Shown one piece after another: positions 24,758-32,000 of a stretch of DNA of 32,000 bases. The position numbers and the translations under genes are program-made. A model generated the notes under the pieces. It saw only the letters and a list, made by a program, of their open reading frames with translations. It was not told where the DNA came from and did no database searches. Numbering within the stretch: the stretch's first letter is position 1; every line of letters starts with the position of its first letter. Source of the DNA: Candidatus Auribacterota bacterium (GTDB taxonomy: Bacteria; Auribacterota; UBA6266); the NCBI GenBank assembly GCA_023136205.1, contig JAGLRQ010000023.1, forward strand, positions 18,419 through 50,418, given 5' to 3'.

Positions 24758-26110
24758 TTACATTAATTTCGCTTCCAATTCATAGGGAAACGCTTTTTCC
24801 ACAATGACTTTAACGATATCACCCGGGTTCAACCCTTTGCCTGATACTTTAACCGAACAATCTACCTCCGGCGCGTCCCACCGGCTGCGGCCATAAAAAA
24901 AATTCTTACCCTCCGCAGATCTATCAATTATAACCTCTATTGTTTCTCCTGTTAACCTTTTATTGATTTCCATGGATATTTTTTTCTGCAGTTCAGCCAA
25001 TCTCATCAGCCTGCTTTCGGCAACTTCTTTGCTTACAACGTTATCAAAGCTGTAAGCTTTTGTTCCTTCCTCCCTTGAATAAATAAAAAAGCCCAGCCTG
25101 TCAAACCTGATTTCTTTCACAAAATCCATCAATTCTTCAAACGCCTTTTCACTCTCCCCCGGAAAACCGACAATAAAAGTACTTCTTATTTTTGCCCCTT
25201 CAATCTTCCTTAATTTAACAAGGAGCTCGCGTACCTTTTCAGTAGTAACTCTTCTATCCATTTTCTTTAAAATCAAACTGTTGATATGCTGTATAGGCAT
25301 ATCAACATACTTGCATATCTTATCCGAAGACGCTATAAGCCCTATGAGCTCATCCGTTACATGCAGAGGATGAAGATACATAAGCCTTATCCATTTTACA
25401 GCATTTATCTGCTCAATTTTAGAAAGAAGCGACGAGAGTTCCTGTTTTCCCCTGTCCATACCATAAGCCGCTATATCCTGGCCCACAATAATAAGCTCCT
25501 TAACACCCCCTGACACAAGCTTCCTGACCTCTTCAATAATATCCGCCTGCTCCCTACTTTTTAAAGGGCCTCTTATGGAGGGTATAGTACAGTAAGAACA
25601 CTTGTTGTCGCAGCCGTCGCTTATTTTCAAATAAGCATAGTGAAAGGGTGTTAATAATTTTCTTGCTAATCTTTCCGGCGATACATCAAGCTTAAGCCTT
25701 CTTTTTTTAAACAAGCCTCTTTTAAACTCTTTAATTATATTTTCCAACTCGCCTATAGATTGCGGACCGATAAAACAATCCACATCTTTTATTTTGCTAA
25801 AAAGCTCACCCGCATACCTTTTAGAAAGGCACCCGGCAACAACCAGCAAACGGCATCTGCCATGCTTCTTGAAAAGGGAAGCTTCAAGAACCGCGGTTAA
25901 AGATTCCTCAACAGCCGGTTTTATAAAACCACAGGTGTTAACTATTATTATATCTGCTTTTGCAGGGTCTTTTTCCCACCCGATACCGGCAGTTTCAACA
26001 ACATAAGCCAGCTTTTCGGAATCTACTACATTCTTTGGACACCCGAAGGTTTGAAGGAAAGCTTTCATTGTTATGGGTAAATTTTTATAAGATTTTGATT
26101 CTTTTGACAT
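24758..26110 (-). CDS. rimO: ribosomal protein S12 methylthiotransferase
   Basis: The track ORF extends to 26173, but that N-terminus is encoded by a palindromic repeat. ATG at 26110 (AGAGG 11 nt upstream) or at 26068 (MKAFLQTFGCPKNVVDSE) is more plausible. HYAYLKISDGCDNKCSYCTIPSIRGPLKSR closely matches the RimO radical-SAM motif, and there is a C-terminal TRAM domain. Confidence 0.9.
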   Translation of the reverse strand: MSKESKSYKNLPITMKAFLQTFGCPKNVVDSEKLAYVVETAGIGWEKDPAKADIIIVNTCGFIKPAVEESLTAVLEASLFKKHGRCRLLVVAGCLSKRYAGELFSKIKDVDCFIGPQSIGELENIIKEFKRGLFKKRRLKLDVSPERLARKLLTPFHYAYLKISDGCDNKCSYCTIPSIRGPLKSREQADIIEEVRKLVSGGVKELIIVGQDIAAYGMDRGKQELSSLLSKIEQINAVKWIRLMYLHPLHVTDELIGLIASSDKICKYVDMPIQHINSLILKKMDRRVTTEKVRELLVKLRKIEGAKIRSTFIVGFPGESEKAFEELMDFVKEIRFDRLGFFIYSREEGTKAYSFDNVVSKEVAESRLMRLAELQKKISMEINKRLTGETIEVIIDRSAEGKNFFYGRSRWDAPEVDCSVKVSGKGLNPGDIVKVIVEKAFPYELEAKLM

Positions 26111-26126
26111 TTTTAAAAACGCCTCT

Positions 26127-26147
26127 ATTCCACCCCGGGGGTGGAAT
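26127..26147. repeat. 21-bp perfect palindrome (copy 1 of a paired hairpin repeat)
   Basis: attccacccc-g-ggggtggaat. Confidence 0.7.
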
Positions 26148-26192
26148 GGGTTCATTATATAATTAAAATACAAAAATTGTCACTTTTTTTTG

Positions 26193-26210
26193 TTCCACCT
26201 CGGGGTGGAA
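26193..26210. repeat. 18-bp hairpin (copy 2 of the paired hairpin repeat)
   Basis: ttccacc-tcgg-ggtggaa, preceded on the plus strand by a T8 run (26184-26191). Confidence 0.7.
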
Positions 26211-26242
26211 TAAGTTAAGGGGGTAATGGTTGGGAATGGTTA

Positions 26243-27904
26243 CTAAGATGAATACTGCTGGTAGTAATAATTGTGTGTACTATCTTTAAGGCAAATTCTA
26301 TTAAGAATGGCTCCAATAACTTTTATATTTGAAACTTTCAAGGATTTAGAAACCCTGAGGATAACCTTTTTTGGTGTTTTCCCGCTCTCTATAACCATGA
26401 TAAGGCCGTCTGTTAATTTTGAGAGAACAACTGTATCCGTAACAACAGCAACAGGCGGAGTATCAAACAAAACAAGATCGAACTTTTCCTTGGCGGAATT
26501 TATAAATTCCTTCATTTTATCGTTGGAAATCAGTTCAGACGGATTCGGCGGACAAGCACCGCAAGTAACTAAAAAAGTGTTTTCTATTTCTGTTTCCTGT
26601 ACTAAATCCTTAAACTCTGCCCGGCCGGAGAGAAAATCACTCAGGCCTTTCTCACTGTTCTTTCCCCTGTTTTTCTTTCTAAAAACTTTATGTAAATTGG
26701 GTTTTCTCATATCTGCGTCTACCAAAAGCACACGTTTTCCGGTATGAGCTATAACAGTACCAAGGTTAGACAGATTTGTTGTCTTTCCTTCCCCCGGGCC
26801 CGGGCTTGTAACAGCAATGCTTAAAGGTTTATTTTCCGCGGATGAAATAAGTAATCTTGTCCGGATTGATCTGTATACTTCAACTACTGAATCTTTTGGT
26901 TTGATATGCGCTAAAAAACCCTTTTCGTATTTTTTAAACCCTTTTCTAACCTTGCCAATCTCAGGGATTGCTCCCAAAAGGAGCCAGTCTGCCAGCTTTT
27001 CCGTATCCTCGATGCTTTTAACAGTATCATCCAGATACTCAAAGAAAAACGCAAGCCCTATTCCCCCGAAAACACCCATAACCGCGGCAAGTAAAATATA
27101 AAGTTTCTTCTTTGGTTTTGTTGGTATTACCGGTGTTGCAGCAATGTCCAGTATACTGACATTGTTTGCCTTAAGGCCTTTAAGTGAATGTTTGCCTCCG
27201 GTTAAAAAATCTTCTTCCTTCATACCGTATTCAAAAATTGATTTCTTTACATTCTCAATTGCCCTGACCATTTCATTCATTTCTTCTTTTAACCGTATCA
27301 TCTGGGGATGCCGGCTTTTATATGTCTTGTTGTACTCAGATAGCTTCGCGTCCAGTTTTAAATATTCATTCTTTAAGAGATTCATCATCTCATCCCTGCT
27401 GATATAGTAAAGATTACGCTCCACATATATGTCCGCTATACGATTGGCTATTTCCGCGGCAAGTTCCGGATCTTTATTGTCCACGTGCAGGTTTAAAAGG
27501 CGTGTATCCCTGACAGGCTCAACTTTAATGGTTTTTAAAAAAGCGCTTAAAGGGTCTTTTGCCTCAGCGTACTCTTCTTTCCGGGAAAGATTAAAGTCAT
27601 CAAATACGCTGCGAGCTATAGCACGGGAAGTAATAATTTCTATCTGACTCTGGTAATAGTCTTTGTAAGCATAGTAGTTCCGTGATTCCAGCGATACAAC
27701 GCCTGAGGTTGTCAAAACATCGGGATTTTCTACGTTTATCAGAAGAGTTGTAGTGGCGCGGTAAACAGGTTTCATGGTAAAACTGGCTACCGCGACAACC
27801 GAAACTACCGTAGTAAAAAATAAGGCAACAACTCCGATTCTGCGGCGTATAACATTTACATAATCTTTAAGATGAAGATCTTCTTCTATCTTTGGTGTAT
27901 CCAT
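26243..27904 (-). CDS. polysaccharide co-polymerase / tyrosine autokinase (Wzc/GumC/EpsG-like)
   Basis: 553 aa. N-terminal TM plus a Wzz-type periplasmic coiled-coil domain, then a second TM (GVFGGIGLAFFFEYL). Cytoplasmic P-loop kinase with Walker A SPGPGEGKTT, A' VDADMRKP and B LVLFDTPP. Tyr-rich tail NYYYQQY. Confidence 0.9.
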   Translation of the reverse strand: MDTPKIEEDLHLKDYVNVIRRRIGVVALFFTTVVSVVAVASFTMKPVYRATTTLLINVENPDVLTTSGVVSLESRNYYAYKDYYQSQIEIITSRAIARSVFDDFNLSRKEEYAEAKDPLSAFLKTIKVEPVRDTRLLNLHVDNKDPELAAEIANRIADIYVERNLYYISRDEMMNLLKNEYLKLDAKLSEYNKTYKSRHPQMIRLKEEMNEMVRAIENVKKSIFEYGMKEEDFLTGGKHSLKGLKANNVSILDIAATPVIPTKPKKKLYILLAAVMGVFGGIGLAFFFEYLDDTVKSIEDTEKLADWLLLGAIPEIGKVRKGFKKYEKGFLAHIKPKDSVVEVYRSIRTRLLISSAENKPLSIAVTSPGPGEGKTTNLSNLGTVIAHTGKRVLLVDADMRKPNLHKVFRKKNRGKNSEKGLSDFLSGRAEFKDLVQETEIENTFLVTCGACPPNPSELISNDKMKEFINSAKEKFDLVLFDTPPVAVVTDTVVLSKLTDGLIMVIESGKTPKKVILRVSKSLKVSNIKVIGAILNRICLKDSTHNYYYQQYSS

Positions 27905-27922
27905 TTTCTCACTAATTCCTTG

Positions 27923-28492
27923 TTAGAAAAAACTTTCCGGCACAAAAACAATATCATCCGGCCTGATAATAATATCTTTCTCTTTTTGTCCCTTCTTCGT
28001 AATATCCGTTATTTTGACTATTATAGTTTTTTTCTCCCCTTCATCCATTCGTATAATCCTTGTACTGTTTATGCTGGCATCTTCAGTAAACCCCGCCGCC
28101 ATCGCTATTGCTTCAAGGACTGTTACATCTTTCTCAGAGGGCATATCATATTTGCCGGGACGCCTTACTTCACCCATAACAGAAAACTGCCTGGGATGAT
28201 ATTCTTCAATAAAAACCAACACCTGCGCGTTGACAATATAATCCTTTTCAAGCGAATCTTTTATTTTTTTTTCAAGTTCCTGGACTGTCAGGCCTTTAAC
28301 CAACAGCCTTCCAAGAAGAGGAAAGGTTATCTGTCCGTCGGCAGTAACCCTTGTTTTCGTAGCTAAATCAAGGTGTTCATGCACAGTTATCGTCAGAACA
28401 TCTGTTGGCTGTATCCGATATTCTGAACTTTGCGCGAAAACCGCTGTATACAGAAATAACATTAAGGACAAAACGATTAAAGAACTTTTCAT
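27923..28492 (-). CDS. polysaccharide export protein (Wza-like: Poly_export + SLBB)
   Basis: The track ORF starts at TTG 28528. ATG at 28492 gives the signal peptide MKSSLIVLSLMLFLYTAVFA. Motifs YRIQPTDVLTITV, DGQITFPLLGRLLVKGLTVQELEKKI and VMGEVRRPGKY. Confidence 0.85.
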   Translation of the reverse strand: MKSSLIVLSLMLFLYTAVFAQSSEYRIQPTDVLTITVHEHLDLATKTRVTADGQITFPLLGRLLVKGLTVQELEKKIKDSLEKDYIVNAQVLVFIEEYHPRQFSVMGEVRRPGKYDMPSEKDVTVLEAIAMAAGFTEDASINSTRIIRMDEGEKKTIIVKITDITKKGQKEKDIIIRPDDIVFVPESFF

Positions 28493-28551
28493 TTTGAAAA
28501 ATGAATCTCCCCGATATTTATTTGGCAAGAAATGAGGAAGCTTAAAGCCCG

Positions 28552-29847
28552 TTAGAAACCTACTGTTCCTCTGAGTGACAACAGGTGATCTTTAAAATCA
28601 AAGACCGGAAACCGTGAATCCCTCTGCTGGTATTCATACCTGCCCTCAAATGAAACCCATTTACGCATGTCATACCTGAGAGAACCGCCTCCTCCGAACA
28701 GATGGTCGTATCTTTCACCTGTTTTTGAGCCTTCCGTGGTTTCGCTTGGATAGCGATTATACTGGTAAGCGCCAAAAAGTGTCCCGGTTATCTTTTTCCT
28801 GAACCTGTGGTTGTAGTTTAAGCTTACAAAATTAACATTATAATAATTCATGTTCTTATACGCTGATTCATATATGCTTCTTTCCAAACCAAGGCTTATA
28901 ATGTCATTATCAGTAATAGCGTAGTCAATATCTCCTCTGGCAACAAAACTCGCAAAGTCATCGTCAACTGTAAGGCGCGATTTTTTATAGTTCTGGTACC
29001 TAAAACCACCTTTCACATCAACTGTAAAATCTTTGTCCAACTCACCCCTGAGCCCTATCAAGTTTTCGGTGTACCACGAATCAGAACTTAATTTGCTCTG
29101 ATAATTAACAAAGCCAAGATAATTCTCAAAAAGAATAGATGTTTTAGGCAAAAATCTATAGGCCAGCTTTGCGTCTATTATATTCGAATACCTGTCTTTA
29201 TCTTTGTAATTCAATGTTTGAAATATACTCAGGTCTCTGAGGTAATCGTCTATTTCAAAAGTATAGCCGACATCAAAGTCTAACTGGTCAAATTCCGCTG
29301 AAATACCGGCTCTGAGGGAGTTATGCTGCTGTCTTATTCTGTTAGTATCTTCCGAACCTGATCTGTGGGTAAAGCGCCTGTATATATCACTAACCGTAAT
29401 CTTAAAATCGGTAAGGTTTATTTCAGCGAGGCCTCTGATTAAATGGTCTATATGATCTTCGTCATGCCTTGCAAAAAAGTACGCGCCTAAACTATATTCA
29501 GCAGTGAGCTTATGGTCGCAAACAGGAATTTCAACCCCTACGGAAGGGTTCAAAAGTGTTATCATGTCCGACTCTTCGTCTTCATTCGACAAATAGATAT
29601 TTGTGTCAAATGTCTCCTTTACCTTGAAAGCGCCGTGAAAAAGAAAAGGATCAACCTCTAACCCTTCTCTATCAGGCAAATCTCCCGCGCTTGTTCTCCA
29701 GCTGGTGGTAAATTTACGCATATCCGGCAAATCCTGCTGGTCGGTAAACTCGGCATTCACAGCACCGCTACACACTAATAAAAATAAGCCCGTAAAAGCA
29801 CAGGTTGCAACAACCCTTAACGTTTCTTTTTTAATATTAGTTAGCAT
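28552..29847 (-). CDS. outer-membrane beta-barrel protein (putative, EPS-cluster associated)
   Basis: The track ORF extends to 29916. ATG at 29847 (AAGGAAG upstream) gives a signal peptide ending ...CSGAVNA. The body has alternating-hydrophobic, Y/F/D/R-rich strands, and the C-terminus ends in an aromatic residue (...LRGTVGF). Confidence 0.6.
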   Translation of the reverse strand: MLTNIKKETLRVVATCAFTGLFLLVCSGAVNAEFTDQQDLPDMRKFTTSWRTSAGDLPDREGLEVDPFLFHGAFKVKETFDTNIYLSNEDEESDMITLLNPSVGVEIPVCDHKLTAEYSLGAYFFARHDEDHIDHLIRGLAEINLTDFKITVSDIYRRFTHRSGSEDTNRIRQQHNSLRAGISAEFDQLDFDVGYTFEIDDYLRDLSIFQTLNYKDKDRYSNIIDAKLAYRFLPKTSILFENYLGFVNYQSKLSSDSWYTENLIGLRGELDKDFTVDVKGGFRYQNYKKSRLTVDDDFASFVARGDIDYAITDNDIISLGLERSIYESAYKNMNYYNVNFVSLNYNHRFRKKITGTLFGAYQYNRYPSETTEGSKTGERYDHLFGGGGSLRYDMRKWVSFEGRYEYQQRDSRFPVFDFKDHLLSLRGTVGF

Positions 29848-29989
29848 TTTAACATAGCTTCCTTTTCGATTTGTTTTAGAATATTTTAGACATCTGCCAA
29901 CACTTTGACAGACCATAGGGAAATTTTAACAACAAATAGATTAATGTCAATAAAATTCTGCCGTTTGTTACTCTGTGGAATTACCCGAT

Positions 29990-30529
29990 CTAATTTCCGC
30001 TTGCCTGATCTATCCCAACCGTGCTGATCCATCCTCTGGGACGTTCCGGCGGGCTGTAAGCTTCCGCGACAATCGGGGCAAAATCAATATTAGCAATTAC
30101 TTCTGCGGCTAAACCCAGAGGCACTTTGGCATTCACATCATCAACAGGGGGCATATATTCGTTTTCAACCATGTACTGAACTTTTTCCTCAATACCGGGA
30201 TTGCCTTTTCCACCAGCCAGTTTATAAAGAATATTTACCATATCCCTGATAGTAATTACCCTCCCTGCTTCGGAATCCATAAAAGCATCTATTCCATATG
30301 ATGCTAAAATATTGGAAAGAACCTCAAAATACTCTTCGTCTGAAAGGCCTTCTGTTTCAGCCGGCATTTCTCCCTGTGCCGCATTAAGTATCGGAACCAT
30401 TAAAAGTTCGGCAAATTCCACATTTGTAATCGCACCCGCGTCCGGAATCGCGCTCGCGTTGGAAGGAGATAGAGAAATGCCCCATACCACAAATAAACTA
30501 ACTATTAAAATCGAAAATATTCTTTTCAT
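29990..30529 (-). CDS. hypothetical secreted protein
   Basis: 179 aa with a signal peptide MKRIFSILIVSLFVVWGISLSPSNASA. Two weak SLH-like segments (ITNVEFAELLMV, ITIRDMVNILYKLAG) are not enough for a call. Confidence 0.5.
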   Translation of the reverse strand: MKRIFSILIVSLFVVWGISLSPSNASAIPDAGAITNVEFAELLMVPILNAAQGEMPAETEGLSDEEYFEVLSNILASYGIDAFMDSEAGRVITIRDMVNILYKLAGGKGNPGIEEKVQYMVENEYMPPVDDVNAKVPLGLAAEVIANIDFAPIVAEAYSPPERPRGWISTVGIDQASGN

Positions 30530-30631
30530 TATACCACCCTCAATTTTATGTTTGTTCTTCTCTTAAATCCTAGATTAAAAAAATTATCATAAAAAGCCAA
30601 TTATTGCAAGTGTTTTTTTGGGATACCGTTT

Positions 30632-31243
30632 TTAATCATCCAAATGTAAGTCCACATAAGTGGCCATTAGTTCCCCGATCTTTCCAGGCAGCTTTACTAC
30701 AAAATAATGGTCAGTAATAACGTGCCCCATTTCATGCGCGATAACCGAATCGGATATATCACGTTCTGTTGTGTATATTGTTTTATACTTATGAATATAA
30801 AAAGATATATACCCGTCTTTTTTCCTAAAAATCCGATAATATTCATCATCTAATTCTTTTCTGTCCTTAAAAATTTTTATCTTTACATTTTTTGTCCGGG
30901 GATACATTTCAAGTAATTTCTTTACTCTGTTAAACAAAATATCCAGCCTGTCAGCCAGTTTCTCAGCAGGGGCAGACAAAGGGTCAACTCTAAAAGCTCC
31001 ATCAGTATAAAATCTTCTTCTTCTCAACTTTTTTTCGATTTTCTTCAGGTTAGCATCCGGCCGGCAGTATACCGTAAAATAATTACTTTCTATGGTAAGC
31101 CATTCGCCGCTTGACGCATCTCCACTGTCTTCAGCAAAAAGAGGTGATGAAACCGCGCAATAGAAAAAAAGGTACAGTAATGAGTATAGAATTACTGCAA
31201 ATCCCCTTCTAAATATTTTATCAATTAAAATGCCGGCTCGCAT
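30632..31243 (-). CDS. putative secreted zinc metallopeptidase (HExxH)
   Basis: 203 aa with a hydrophobic N-terminus. VIAHEMGHVITDHY carries an HExxH motif near the C-terminus. Confidence 0.6.
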   Translation of the reverse strand: MRAGILIDKIFRRGFAVILYSLLYLFFYCAVSSPLFAEDSGDASSGEWLTIESNYFTVYCRPDANLKKIEKKLRRRRFYTDGAFRVDPLSAPAEKLADRLDILFNRVKKLLEMYPRTKNVKIKIFKDRKELDDEYYRIFRKKDGYISFYIHKYKTIYTTERDISDSVIAHEMGHVITDHYFVVKLPGKIGELMATYVDLHLDD

Positions 31244-31251
31244 ATTTTACA

Positions 31252-31797
31252 CTATGTTGTATATTTTGAAAGAACAGACTTTGCCTGTTCAAGTTTATTT
31301 TTACGGTCTTCTGTTTCAGCACATGATTCCAGCTTAGCAATAGCCTGTTTTATTTTCCCCATATCTTCCTTAAGTGCTTTTGTCATTTCATTTAAGCTTT
31401 CAGCAAGATCTTTTCCTTCGTCTCTATGCCGCAAACTAAACTTTTTCCTTAGATTTCCCGAAGCCACTTCCTGAATATCTTTTTTCATACGGTAAATCGG
31501 GCCGACAACCCTGTTAGAAGCAACAAGTGTAATCGCGACAGTCGCTAATCCCAGCAGCAAAACCACAATTGTACTGCTGAGCAGAACCGCCGGTAATATA
31601 AACTCCGCGGTACTCTTCATGATGAGCCTGGAATTTTCAAACGTAGTTGTAACCGTAGATCTTGACATCGCGTAGATGATAGTTCCGGAAACAACCGCCC
31701 CCAATATGACAAGAGTACAAAATTTGATAACAAACCTTATCTGGAAATCCTTTTTGATAAAATAATTTTTTCTTTTATTTTTGTATTTGTCTTTCAT
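31252..31797 (-). CDS. HAMP-domain membrane protein without an output domain
   Basis: 181 aa with two TM helices flanking a ~35-aa loop, then VGPIYRMKKDIQEVASGNLRKKFSLRHRDEGKDLAESLNEMTKAL (HAMP signature) and a short coiled-coil tail. Confidence 0.7.
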   Translation of the reverse strand: MKDKYKNKRKNYFIKKDFQIRFVIKFCTLVILGAVVSGTIIYAMSRSTVTTTFENSRLIMKSTAEFILPAVLLSSTIVVLLLGLATVAITLVASNRVVGPIYRMKKDIQEVASGNLRKKFSLRHRDEGKDLAESLNEMTKALKEDMGKIKQAIAKLESCAETEDRKNKLEQAKSVLSKYTT

Positions 31798-31815
31798 CTT
31801 TCGTTCCCCTCACTC

Positions 31816-32000
31816 TCATTTAGCTCCATCAATTTTAATTTCTTTCAAAAGTTTTCTGTCAACTTTAATCAAGGCCTCTTTTCTTAAACCGAAAATCCAA
31901 TCTTCAAGAGCCCTTTCTTTCTTCCTGTTTAATATGTTTCCTTTTACCTCCATGGATATTTTCTCAAAGGGCCCGATTTCTCTATATTCTTCTTTCACTG
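31816..32000 (-). CDS. C-terminal fragment of a larger ORF running off the window end (possibly a SurA/PpiD-like periplasmic chaperone tail)
   Basis: The frame is open to position 32000, and the track start at 31998 is only a GTG. The tail ...KKERALEDWIFGLRKEALIKVD resembles C-termini of SurA/PpiC-type proteins. This is weak evidence. Confidence 0.35.
   Translation of the reverse strand, partial: VKEEYREIGPFEKISMEVKGNILNRKKERALEDWIFGLRKEALIKVDRKLLKEIKIDGAK

Overview
This 32-kb window comes from a moderately AT-rich bacterial chromosome. The gene content suggests an anaerobic, diderm, probably uncultivated lineage (four-subunit 2-oxoacid:ferredoxin oxidoreductase, Wza/OMP genes), but I cannot assign taxonomy from sequence alone. 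Every credible gene (about 40 CDS plus one tRNA) is on the minus strand, and the plus-strand track ORFs look like antisense shadows. Most of the window is housekeeping: hom (partial), a soluble PAS hybrid histidine kinase, an exported SagB-type nitroreductase, a MerR regulator, gpsA-plsY-der, a PgsA-like transferase, gltX, a delta-alpha-beta-gamma 2-oxoacid:ferredoxin oxidoreductase, nadK, tlyA, dxs, xseB-xseA, an NAD-dependent sugar epimerase, pgsA-pgpA, rimO, and an exopolysaccharide export cluster (Wzc-type tyrosine autokinase, Wza-type exporter, beta-barrel OMP) followed by small secreted or membrane proteins. The exception is roughly 3.4-8.05 kb, a visibly more AT-rich accessory stretch that ends at the 3' end of tRNA-Pro(GGG). 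It carries a secreted esterase, a TM-anchored unknown, a STAS-fused SpoIIAB/RsbW-type GHKL kinase paired with a DUF4325-like STAS protein (no sigma factor or phosphatase nearby), a 92-aa orphan, and a wHTH ORF overlapping a wHTH-HNH nuclease gene. The STAS-kinase pair, alone or together with the adjacent HNH nuclease, is my best candidate for an undescribed defence-like or signalling system. Other notable items are a composite repeat locus at 21.14-21.39 kb (a 28-bp direct repeat flanking 6.5 copies of a 22-bp tandem unit), twin palindromes at 26.13-26.21 kb, a secreted C39-like cysteine peptidase translationally coupled to pgpA, and a pgpA whose conserved N-terminus requires a non-ATG (probably CTG) start. 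All domain calls come from motif recognition by eye; no searches were run.
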